Assembly (NCBI GenBank): GCA_963765765.1
Contig: CAVXYC010000028.1
Location: 146,613 to 210,612 of the forward strand
DNA from: an uncultured Chloroflexia bacterium
Lineage (GTDB): Bacteria; Chloroflexota; UBA6077; JACCZL01
Reading direction: 5' to 3'
Length of the DNA: 64,000 nucleotides
The notes under the pieces were generated by a model. The model was not told the DNA's origin. It ran no database searches and worked only from the letters and a program-made list of their open reading frames with translations. A program made the translations under genes and the position numbers. Position 1 is the stretch's first letter; each line of letters begins with the position of its first letter. Positions 37,167-45,712 of this stretch are shown piece by piece.

Positions 37167-38469
37167 GCCAGATCCCGAACCGAGCTGCGCAATGTGTCGC
37201 GATGTCGGCTTTCTTCGCAACGACGCACCCGTAGGTCACCCGGACTTCGGCACGCTGGTACCGTGTAGCTGCCGCGCGACGAGTGCGAAAGAATCGCGAG
37301 TTGAACGACTCCGCCGGCTGAGCCAGCTTGGCCCCCTCGGACGCCAGCGATTCGATTCATTGGCCGATTCTGCTCCGTCGACTGACCCGCCTGCCTTCGC
37401 CTCAGCGCTCGAACGGGCTCGCGCTTACGCAGCCGCTCCCAAGGGCTGGTTTGTCTTGATCGGACCCGCGGGCTCCGGTAAGACATCGCTCGCCGCCGCC
37501 ATCGCGAACGAGCGCGTCGAGCAAGGGGAGCCGGCGCTATTCATCGTTGTTCCAGATTTTCTGGATCATCTGCGGGCAACCTATGCTCCTACGAGCGACG
37601 TGACCTACGACGAGATGTTTGAGTCCGTCCGCAACGCTCCATTTCTGATCCTCGATGATCTCGGTGCTCAGTCGGGTACACCGTGGGCAGACGAGAAGCT
37701 GTTCCAGGTCCTGAATCATCGCTACAACGCCGAGCTGCCGACCGTGATTACGTCGTCACTCCGACTCGCTGAGATGGATGATCGCAGCCGCTCACGTCTG
37801 TCTAATCCCGAGCTCTCCCAGGTGTGCCAGGTTGCCGATTGGCCCGGCGATAGTGCCGCTCGCTTTGGCACCCTACCAGCTCGGCTCCGCGAGATGACCT
37901 TCGCGACCTTTGACCCTCGCGGAGGACCGGGTGAGCCCGAGCACGCCGATAACCTTCGTAGAGCGCTACAGCTCGCACGGCCGTTCGCTCAAAATCCCCG
38001 AGATTGGATCGTCTTCATTGGAGAGCCCGGGTCAGGGAAAACGCACCTTGCCGCGGCAATAGCCAATGAGTCCGGTGCGCGCGGCGAGTCATTTTGCTTT
38101 GCGATCGTGCCGGATCTACTCGATCATCTTCGGTCTAGTTTCGCCCCCGATAGCCCAGTGCGCTACGACCAGGTGTTCGAGGACGTGCGGAATGCGCCAC
38201 TACTGATCCTGGACGATCTTGGCGCGCAAAGCACTACGCCGTGGGCGCAGGAGAAGCTTTTTCAGATCCTCAATCACCGCTACAACGCCAGTCTTGCCAC
38301 TGTCATAACCACAAACGTTCCGCTTGAGCAGCACGAGCGGCGAATCTGTTCGCGCATGCTCGATCAACGCCTATCGACAGTATTCGCGATTACGGCACCG
38401 CCGTATCGGCTGAGCAGTCCCAGTACCCCTCGACCGTCAAACCGACGGCCACGACCGAATCGCGAATAG
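37081..38469 (+). CDS. DnaC/DnaI/IstB-like helicase loader with two tandem AAA+ domains
   Basis: N-terminal CxxC...CxC; GPAGSGKT and GEPGSGKT; LILDDLG and EKLFQ.LNHRYN each occur twice. Confidence 0.88.
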   Translation: MESLGETLSRLKILEHMSRVATDDTSNTEPDPEPSCAMCRDVGFLRNDAPVGHPDFGTLVPCSCRATSAKESRVERLRRLSQLGPLGRQRFDSLADSAPSTDPPAFASALERARAYAAAPKGWFVLIGPAGSGKTSLAAAIANERVEQGEPALFIVVPDFLDHLRATYAPTSDVTYDEMFESVRNAPFLILDDLGAQSGTPWADEKLFQVLNHRYNAELPTVITSSLRLAEMDDRSRSRLSNPELSQVCQVADWPGDSAARFGTLPARLREMTFATFDPRGGPGEPEHADNLRRALQLARPFAQNPRDWIVFIGEPGSGKTHLAAAIANESGARGESFCFAIVPDLLDHLRSSFAPDSPVRYDQVFEDVRNAPLLILDDLGAQSTTPWAQEKLFQILNHRYNASLATVITTNVPLEQHERRICSRMLDQRLSTVFAITAPPYRLSSPSTPRPSNRRPRPNRE

Positions 38470-38552
38470 CGTCCGGCGCGAAACGCTTCAGAGTGCACTA
38501 AAGCGTTTCACGCCGTGAGGGCCGTGGTAGACTTCGCTTGCCTCTGGAGAAC

Positions 38553-39029
38553 ATGCCCCCACTCACCACCAACGATGTTGAATTCATGGTGCGCATCGCA
38601 CTGGCGTTTGCGATGGGTGGGTTGTTGGGACTCGAGCGCGAGCAGATAGGCCGACCCGCCGGACTCCGCACGCACATGCTCGTCTGCGCTGGATCAGCAT
38701 GTTTCACGGTTGCGTCAGTCAGCACACTTGGAAGTCAAAGCGTAAATGGAGATCCCACGCGCATAGCTGCTCAAGTCGTCTCGGGCATCGGGTTCCTGGG
38801 TGCTGGGACGATCTTTCGAACGACATCCACGGTTCGTGGACTCACCACTGCTGCGAATATCTGGCTGGTAGCCGCCATTGGGATGCTGATTGGCGCGGGC
38901 ATGTACTGGATTGGCATATTCACGGCTATCCTGGGGTTTGTGGCATTGCGCCTTTTGCGATTGCCACGTTTGCGGGCCGGTGGAAGTGGTGAGCCGTCGA
39001 TCACCGGATCGAGCGAGATCGTCGACTAA
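38553..39029 (+). CDS. MgtC/SapB family membrane protein
   Basis: GLERE, AGLRTH, DPTRIAAQVVSGIGFLGAG, GLTTAA. Confidence 0.95.
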   Translation: MPPLTTNDVEFMVRIALAFAMGGLLGLEREQIGRPAGLRTHMLVCAGSACFTVASVSTLGSQSVNGDPTRIAAQVVSGIGFLGAGTIFRTTSTVRGLTTAANIWLVAAIGMLIGAGMYWIGIFTAILGFVALRLLRLPRLRAGGSGEPSITGSSEIVD

Positions 39030-39038
39030 CGCTGATCT

Positions 39039-40145
39039 ATGCTGCACGTCGCGGTGGACGGCCGCTTGCTCTCCTACACAGCAGGTGGTATCAGCCAGTA
39101 CACGCGCCAGCTCGTAAGTCAGATTGTTCCAATGCTTGAGCCACATGAGCAGATGACGCTGCTTCGCAGCGGCCGGCTCCCGAGCCCGGATCTTGACGTG
39201 GCAAAACTCCGATACGCATCCTTGCTCACGCCTGCGCACCATCGGTGGGAGCAGATGTCCTTACCCCTGGAGCTCCTTCGAATACGGCCATCGCTCGTCC
39301 ACAGTCCAGATTTCATACCTCCCATGCGTGGTCCATGGAGGCGGGTGATCACGATTCATGATCTGGCGTTCTTGCTCTACCCCGGCATGGTGACGCCAGA
39401 AAGCCGTGCCTACTACGGACAAATAGGCAAGGCAGCTCGCGTTGCAGATGCCGTCATCACCGTGTCGCAATTCACCGCGTCCGATGTTACACGCCTGCTG
39501 GACGCCGACCCCGCTCGAATCAATGTCATCCAAAACGGAGTCGATCCATCGTTGGCACCCGTCACTGATCAGGCCGTTATCGATGAATGGCGGGCTCATC
39601 ATCGCATCAATCGTCCCTACATTCTTTACGCGGGTACCTTTGAGCCGCGGAAGAATCTGCCCCTGCTCGTCGACGCCTTTGCCCGACTCAGGCGTGAGCA
39701 TGACGTGCTGCTCGTTCTCCTGGGAGCCCGCGGGTGGTTGTATGAACCGACATTTGAATGCATCCTTTCTTCGCGAGTTGCCAATTACGTTCGTGTACTT
39801 GAAGATCAACCGCGATCCGAGTGGGCGATCGCCTACTCAGCCGCCGCCGTCGCCGTGACGCCGTCAATCTACGAGGGCTTTGGGCTTCCGGTTCTGGAGG
39901 CAATGGCGTGCGGCGCACCGGTCGTCTCTTCAAACGCATCTTCACTTCCAGAGGTCGTTGGGGATGCAGGACTGCTGTTCGAGTCGGAAAATGTAGACGC
40001 GCTCACACGTACGATTCAGTCGGTCCTCGGCGATGAGTCCGAGGCAACAAGACTCCAAGAAGCCGGCTTTCAACGCGTCAAGGAGTTCTCCTGGGCTCGG
40101 TCGGCGTCCAGAACCCTGGATGTGTATCGGGCTGTCGCGGCGTGA
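39039..40145 (+). CDS. Glycosyltransferase family 4
   Basis: TIHDL, EPRKN, EGFGLPVLEAMACG. Confidence 0.94.
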   Translation: MLHVAVDGRLLSYTAGGISQYTRQLVSQIVPMLEPHEQMTLLRSGRLPSPDLDVAKLRYASLLTPAHHRWEQMSLPLELLRIRPSLVHSPDFIPPMRGPWRRVITIHDLAFLLYPGMVTPESRAYYGQIGKAARVADAVITVSQFTASDVTRLLDADPARINVIQNGVDPSLAPVTDQAVIDEWRAHHRINRPYILYAGTFEPRKNLPLLVDAFARLRREHDVLLVLLGARGWLYEPTFECILSSRVANYVRVLEDQPRSEWAIAYSAAAVAVTPSIYEGFGLPVLEAMACGAPVVSSNASSLPEVVGDAGLLFESENVDALTRTIQSVLGDESEATRLQEAGFQRVKEFSWARSASRTLDVYRAVAA

Positions 40146-41347
40146 GCGCGGCACTCTTTCTGACGCCTGGCCCACCGCTGCCCGCGAACCAGGGCGCACC
40201 CATGCGGAACTTAACGATGATTCGAGCCGCCGCCATGCGTGGGCCAGTAGATCTCATCACTTTCGGTGAGAGCGACAGCGCAAGCGACGCGGAGCTGCGG
40301 CGACTCTGCCGACGGGTGCATCGCGTCCCTATACAGCCCCGCTCGATCAGGACGCGGACAGTCTCGTTGCTGCAGTCCCGACTACCCGATATGGCACACC
40401 GCCTCTGGTCCGAAGAATTCGCCTCGGCATTTCAGCAGTGGACTACTCAGCATCAGTACGCCGTCGTACAAGTCGAGGGAATCGAGCTAGCCCGCTATGT
40501 CGCAAAATCGCCCGGGTCCCCCCGCTATCGCGTTGTCTTTGACGACCATAACGTGGAGTACTTACTCCAGGAGCGCGCGTTCGAATTCGATAGAGCTCGG
40601 TGGAGGCGCGCACATGCCGCGGCGTACTCCGCTGTCCAGGCGAATCGACTCCGGGCCTTTGAGCGAACGGTCTGCGAATCATCGGACGCTGTCATTGCCG
40701 TCTCCCCTGAGGATGCAGAGCGGCTTCGCTCCATCGCCCAATGCACTCCGGAAGTCATTCCTAACGCCATCGACGTAACCGCATATCCTTTGCGGTGCGA
40801 GCAACCGACTGAGGAAAGGACGCTGCTCTTCCCAGGGACCATGGATTTCCGCCCGAACGCGGACGCGGCGACGTGGTTCATTGAGCGTGTGCTCCCTCGA
40901 GTCGTGTGCGAGATTCCCGACGTGCAGTGCTTCTTTGCCGGGCGAAGACCGCGGGCGGATCTCGTTCACCGCGGCCAGCACGATCCGAGAATCGCTGTGA
41001 CGGGCGAAGTGCCATCCATGACTCCCTACTGGGAGCGCTCGACAATCTGTGTGCTGCCGCTGCAGGTAGGCGGCGGCTCCCGATTCAAAGCATTGGAAGC
41101 GATGGCTTATGGAATACCGATTGTCTCCACAGGACTCGGTATGGAGGGTATCGACGCGGCCGAGGGACGGGACTATCTGCGGGCCGACGACGCGGCATCA
41201 TTCGCCGAAGCGATACTCCACCTGCTGAGCGACCGACCATTGCGTGAATCTCTCGCGGCGCATGCCCGTACGACAGTAGAGCGAGGTTACACACAGGACG
41301 TCGTCACTAAACGCTTGAACGCACTCTACGATCAGATTTGTTTATGA
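40142..41347 (+). CDS. Glycosyltransferase family 4
   Basis: DDHNVE, GTMDFRPN, GGGSRFKALEAMAYG. Confidence 0.92.
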   Translation: MSAALFLTPGPPLPANQGAPMRNLTMIRAAAMRGPVDLITFGESDSASDAELRRLCRRVHRVPIQPRSIRTRTVSLLQSRLPDMAHRLWSEEFASAFQQWTTQHQYAVVQVEGIELARYVAKSPGSPRYRVVFDDHNVEYLLQERAFEFDRARWRRAHAAAYSAVQANRLRAFERTVCESSDAVIAVSPEDAERLRSIAQCTPEVIPNAIDVTAYPLRCEQPTEERTLLFPGTMDFRPNADAATWFIERVLPRVVCEIPDVQCFFAGRRPRADLVHRGQHDPRIAVTGEVPSMTPYWERSTICVLPLQVGGGSRFKALEAMAYGIPIVSTGLGMEGIDAAEGRDYLRADDAASFAEAILHLLSDRPLRESLAAHARTTVERGYTQDVVTKRLNALYDQICL

Positions 41348-42558
41348 GATATCTCATCGCATTCGCGATCAGCTTCGCCATCGTTGGCCTCGTGGCCGTG
41401 CTGCGGACACCAATTTTCGAGCATCTAGGGCTGGAGCAGCGGCATCAGATCATTGCCATCGTGTCGCGATTCACCGCACCCGCCATAGATACAGCCGACA
41501 ACGCGCCCGTATCGCCCACAGTTAAAAATCCCGTCGGCGTCAATACGTTTCTCGAGCAGGAAGTTGACGTGGAGCTCCGCCGCCGAACGGTGGAGATGAT
41601 CAGCGAAGCCGGCATTGGTTGGATGCGTCAGCAGTTCCCGTGGGACAACATCGAACCGGTCCGGAAAGGCGGATTCATCGATCGGGTCGTCGGCGTAGAT
41701 ACCTGGGAGAAGTACGACGCCATCGTATCCCTCTCCGAGCAATATGGTCCGCGACTCATCGTTCGCCTGGACACCTCGCCGCCCTGGGCGCGTCCTGGAA
41801 ACGAGTGGCCGGCCACTCCTCCGGACAACCTTGAAGACTACGGCGACTTTGTGGAGGCCGTGGCGCGGCGTTATCGCGGACGCGTGGAGCACTACCAGAT
41901 CTGGAATGAGCCGAATCTCACCAGCGAGTGGGGGCACCGACCGGTCAACGCGGCCGAATACGTGGAGCTGCTCCGAATCGCGTCCACGCGCATCAAGCGA
42001 GTCGACCCCGACGCCCTAATCATCTCCGCGGCGCTTGCCCCCACGATCGAGGAGAGCACCTCAGCGATGAATGACCTGAAGTACCTCGATGAGATGTATC
42101 GACTTGGCGCGGCGCAATACTTCGATATTCTTTCCATGCAGGCGTACGGTCTTCGATCTGGTCCGGACGATCGTCGAGTAGAGGATGACGACGTGAACTT
42201 CTCGCGACCGCGCCTGATGCGAGAGATCATGGTTCGTCACAATGACGCCCACAAGCCCATCTGGGCGGCCGAGGTAGGCTGGAATGCCCAGCCTGATTCG
42301 GTCACCAAACCAGCCATATTCGGAAGGGTTAGTGAGGACACCCAATCGCGATATACCGTTCGAGCATTCGAGCGCGCACGGGAAGAATGGCCCTGGATGG
42401 GCGTGATGGCGATCTGGTTCTTCAAGCGAGCGGACTACAGCTGGACCGATGAGCCGATGTACTACTTCCGCATGGCCGAACCCGATTTGACGCCTCGAAT
42501 GCTTTACTCGACGGTCAGGGAATACACGCGGCAGCGGGGACTCAGGTCCGACCAATGA
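41344..42558 (+). CDS. Membrane-anchored clan GH-A glycoside hydrolase (GH5/GH39-like)
   Basis: WNEPN acid/base motif, KPIWAAEVGW nucleophile motif, N-terminal TM. Confidence 0.85.
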   Translation: MRYLIAFAISFAIVGLVAVLRTPIFEHLGLEQRHQIIAIVSRFTAPAIDTADNAPVSPTVKNPVGVNTFLEQEVDVELRRRTVEMISEAGIGWMRQQFPWDNIEPVRKGGFIDRVVGVDTWEKYDAIVSLSEQYGPRLIVRLDTSPPWARPGNEWPATPPDNLEDYGDFVEAVARRYRGRVEHYQIWNEPNLTSEWGHRPVNAAEYVELLRIASTRIKRVDPDALIISAALAPTIEESTSAMNDLKYLDEMYRLGAAQYFDILSMQAYGLRSGPDDRRVEDDDVNFSRPRLMREIMVRHNDAHKPIWAAEVGWNAQPDSVTKPAIFGRVSEDTQSRYTVRAFERAREEWPWMGVMAIWFFKRADYSWTDEPMYYFRMAEPDLTPRMLYSTVREYTRQRGLRSDQ

Positions 42559-43499
42559 GCACAGAAACTGTCGTCCGCCGAAACTCGGTTACCACGGTAT
42601 CGAGCGCGCCACGAGTCTCGGTCATTATTCTGAACTACAACACCTGCGATGACCTGCGTACCTGTTTGCGCTCGGTCCAGCGATCAGCAGGCATCCCGCC
42701 AGATGCAATGGAAGTCTTCGTAGTCGACAACGCCTCGAACGACGGCTCGGCCGACATGGTTGGCAGCGACTTCTCGTGGATCCGCCTGATTGAATCCGAG
42801 CGGAACGGCGGCTACGCATACGGCAACAATCTGGCCATGCGCGAGTGCCGCGGGGATTACGTGCTGTTGCTTAATCCCGACGCTCTGCTGCCGCCGCGAG
42901 CGATCGCCGAGCTTTGCGACTACCTCGATAAGCATCCAGAAGCCGCGGTCGTCGGACCGCGTGTATTGCGTCCGGATGGCTCTCTGGACCTGGCATGCCG
43001 CCGAAGCTTTCCCACGCTAGAGGTCTCGAGTTACCGCATGCTTGGCCTGAGCAAGCTCTTTCCACGCAGTAAGCGCTTCGGTCGATACAACCTTACGTTT
43101 CTGGACCCCAATGATCCCGCGGAAGTTGACGCGGTCGTCGGAGCCTGCATGCTGGTTCGACGATCGGCAATCGAGCAAGCGGGACTGCTGGACGAGCAGT
43201 TCTTCATGTACGGCGAGGACCTTGACTGGGCCTTCCGGATGAAACAGGCAGGATGGTCCATTCTGTATAACCCTGACGTCACCGTGCTGCACCGCAAGGG
43301 CGAATCGAGCCGTCGACGTAGTGAAGCCGCGACGATCGCCTTCTACGAGGCGATGGAGATCTTCTATCGCAAGCACTACGCACGTGAGCACTCATCAGTC
43401 GTGAATGGCCTCGTGCGCGCCGCCATCCGGCTCCGGTGCTCAATCTCCGTGATGCAGAACTCTCTGCGACCTGAGCATCAGAGGCGCGTTGGGACATAA
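42555..43499 (+). CDS. Glycosyltransferase family 2 (WbbL-like)
   Basis: VVDNASND, LLNPD, FFMYGEDLDW. Confidence 0.94.
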   Translation: MSTETVVRRNSVTTVSSAPRVSVIILNYNTCDDLRTCLRSVQRSAGIPPDAMEVFVVDNASNDGSADMVGSDFSWIRLIESERNGGYAYGNNLAMRECRGDYVLLLNPDALLPPRAIAELCDYLDKHPEAAVVGPRVLRPDGSLDLACRRSFPTLEVSSYRMLGLSKLFPRSKRFGRYNLTFLDPNDPAEVDAVVGACMLVRRSAIEQAGLLDEQFFMYGEDLDWAFRMKQAGWSILYNPDVTVLHRKGESSRRRSEAATIAFYEAMEIFYRKHYAREHSSVVNGLVRAAIRLRCSISVMQNSLRPEHQRRVGT

Positions 43500-43604
43500 T
43501 AATGTCGTGGCAATTCGAGTTGCGATTAGCGTCCTCTATCTAATGCGGCGGCAAGCGTGGAGTAAGGCGCCACCAACACTCCGTACACGTACGTCCTCTT
43601 GCCT

Positions 43605-45003
43605 ATGAGTCCTATCAAATTTTTCTCCGTACTTAGTGTCATTGCCTCCGACTTGGTGATGATGTTTGTCTCGTTCCGTCTTGCGCACTGGCTACGCCTG
43701 CGCAGCGAGGGGCGACAGACATTGTTGACCGTGAGCGCGCCTGATGACTACTCGCAGCTCACGTTCATTTTCGCCGCGACCGTCGTGATCGCCTTCGCGT
43801 TGAATCGCCTATACATTCCTCGACGCGGCTTCTCGCGAGTCGATCTGCTTTACAGCGTCATGCTGGGAACGTCCATTGGCTTCTTCATCGCATTGGCGGT
43901 CACTGCCTTGCTCTATCGCAGCCTGGAGCTACCTCGGCTCATGATCGTCTACTGGTGGCTTTGCGCCATGGCACTGACCTGGTTCGGTAGGGTCATCCTG
44001 GACTTCGCCATTCGGTTCCTTCGTGCGCGCGGACTCGATTCAGCGCGCGTGATCATCGTGGGTGGCGGCGAGCCGGCACGCATTATCAGCAGCAAAATCG
44101 AACACGCGCCGGAGCTGGGATACCGCGTCGTTGGATTCCTCGCCTCTCCAGGCGTTGATCAGAGTAGCGATTTGCCCGTGCTTGGGCCCATCCAGGATAT
44201 GGTGAGGATCATTCGCGACCAGCGTGCTACGGAGCTCATCGTCGCGGAGCCCGCATTGAGCCACCAGGAAGTCTTGGAAATCGTCACGAACTGCGCCAGG
44301 GAGCGCATCAACATCAAGGTCTTCCCTGACATTCTGCAAATTATGTCAACTGAAGTAACGACGAGCGACCTTTCAGGGCTACCGATGCTCCAGGTTCGCG
44401 ATATCGGATTACGTGGTTGGAACCTGGCGTTGAAGCGCGCCATGGACCTGATGGTGAGTGGCGTCATCCTGGTGTTGACCTCGCCGCTCATGCTGGTTCT
44501 GGCGCTGCTCGTCAAGCTCACCAGCGGTCAGGGCCCCGTGTTCTACGCGCAGGAGCGCGTAGGGCTGGACGGTAAGCCGTTCCAGCTTATCAAATTCCGA
44601 TCAATGCGTCAGGATGCCGAGGATTCCACCGGTCCGGTGATGGCCAGGCCCGACGACGAGCGGCGTACGGCCGTCGGCAGGTTCATCCGACGGTGGAGCC
44701 TCGACGAGCTGCCGCAACTCATCAATGTCCTGGTCGGTGAGATGAGCCTTGTGGGTCCGAGGCCCGAGCGACCCGGTGTTCGTGGAACAATTCAGTCGTA
44801 TCATTCCGCGATACGCCGAGCGACACAACGAAAAGGCTGGCATGACTGGCTGGGCGCAGGTCAATGGATTGCGGGGCCAGACATCCATTGAAGAACGCAC
44901 CAAATACGATGTGTTCTACACCGAGAACTGGTCGCTCGCATTCGATATCAAGATACTTCTGAAGACCATTCGCGCGGTCGTCACCGACCGTAACGCATAC
45001 TAA
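43605..45003 (+). CDS. Undecaprenyl-phosphate sugar phosphotransferase (WcaJ-like), frameshift near 44775
   Basis: [28 protein letters not shown]; [10 protein letters not shown] and YTENWSL continue in ORF 44749..45003. Confidence 0.93.
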
Positions 45004-45015
45004 CTATCTAGCCGC

Positions 45016-45128
45016 GGCGCGCAGCGCTTTGGACTGCGTGCGCGTGGTGCTGCTTTCCGCACTCCCTATCTAGGTTGGGATGCTGAGAAAGCAGTGCTAC
45101 GCGCACGCAGTCCGAAGCGCTGCGCGCC
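45016..45128 (+). repeat. Long inverted repeat (42 bp arms), REP/REPIN-like hairpin
   Basis: Arms 45016-45057 and 45087-45128 match with 4 mismatches; core GGACTGCG...CGCAGTCC. Confidence 0.8.
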
Positions 45129-45151
45129 CAGAACCTTGAAAAATTGAACCA

Positions 45152-45712
45152 ATGAAACTCCTTATTGGCCTGGGGAATCCGGGCTCTCAGTACGCTCATA
45201 CCCGGCACAACGCCGGGTTCATGTGCGTTGAGCGCATTGCCGAGCTCCAGGGCTGGCGTTTCAATCAGAAGCGAGCCGAGAGTCAGGTGGCCGAGGGCGA
45301 GATCAACTACGTGCGCATCATCCTGGCTAAGCCGCAGACGTTTATGAACAACAGCGGCCTTGCCGCGGCGCGATTGATGCAATCGTTCCGGGTCAATCCC
45401 ACCGACATGCTGGTGATTTACGACGATGTCGATCTCACCGCCGGAGTCATCCGCATGCGCGAACGCGGGAGCGCCGGCACTCACAATGGCATGCGCTCCA
45501 TCATTCAGGAATGTCGCACGTCGGACTTTCCGCGGTTGCGGATCGGCATCGCCAGCCCGGAAGGGTATTCGAAACTGCGCAGTTTCGTGCTCGAGCCGGC
45601 AACCGGCGAGGAAGCGGAATTCCTTAAACAGGGCATTGAGCGAGCCGCGGAAGCTGCCATTGCCTGGGTAAAGGACGGCGCCACGGCAACGATGAACCGA
45701 TTCAACGGATGA
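45152..45712 (+). CDS. pth: Peptidyl-tRNA hydrolase
   Basis: GLGNPG..Y..TRHNAGF, KPQTFMN.SG, SAGTHNG, RLRIGI. Confidence 0.97.
   Translation: MKLLIGLGNPGSQYAHTRHNAGFMCVERIAELQGWRFNQKRAESQVAEGEINYVRIILAKPQTFMNNSGLAAARLMQSFRVNPTDMLVIYDDVDLTAGVIRMRERGSAGTHNGMRSIIQECRTSDFPRLRIGIASPEGYSKLRSFVLEPATGEEAEFLKQGIERAAEAAIAWVKDGATATMNRFNG

Noticed and set aside
37081-38469. IstB-like ATPase as an IS21 element
   Set aside because: No IstA transposase or terminal repeats; it sits in the rplI-dnaB-dnaD operon.
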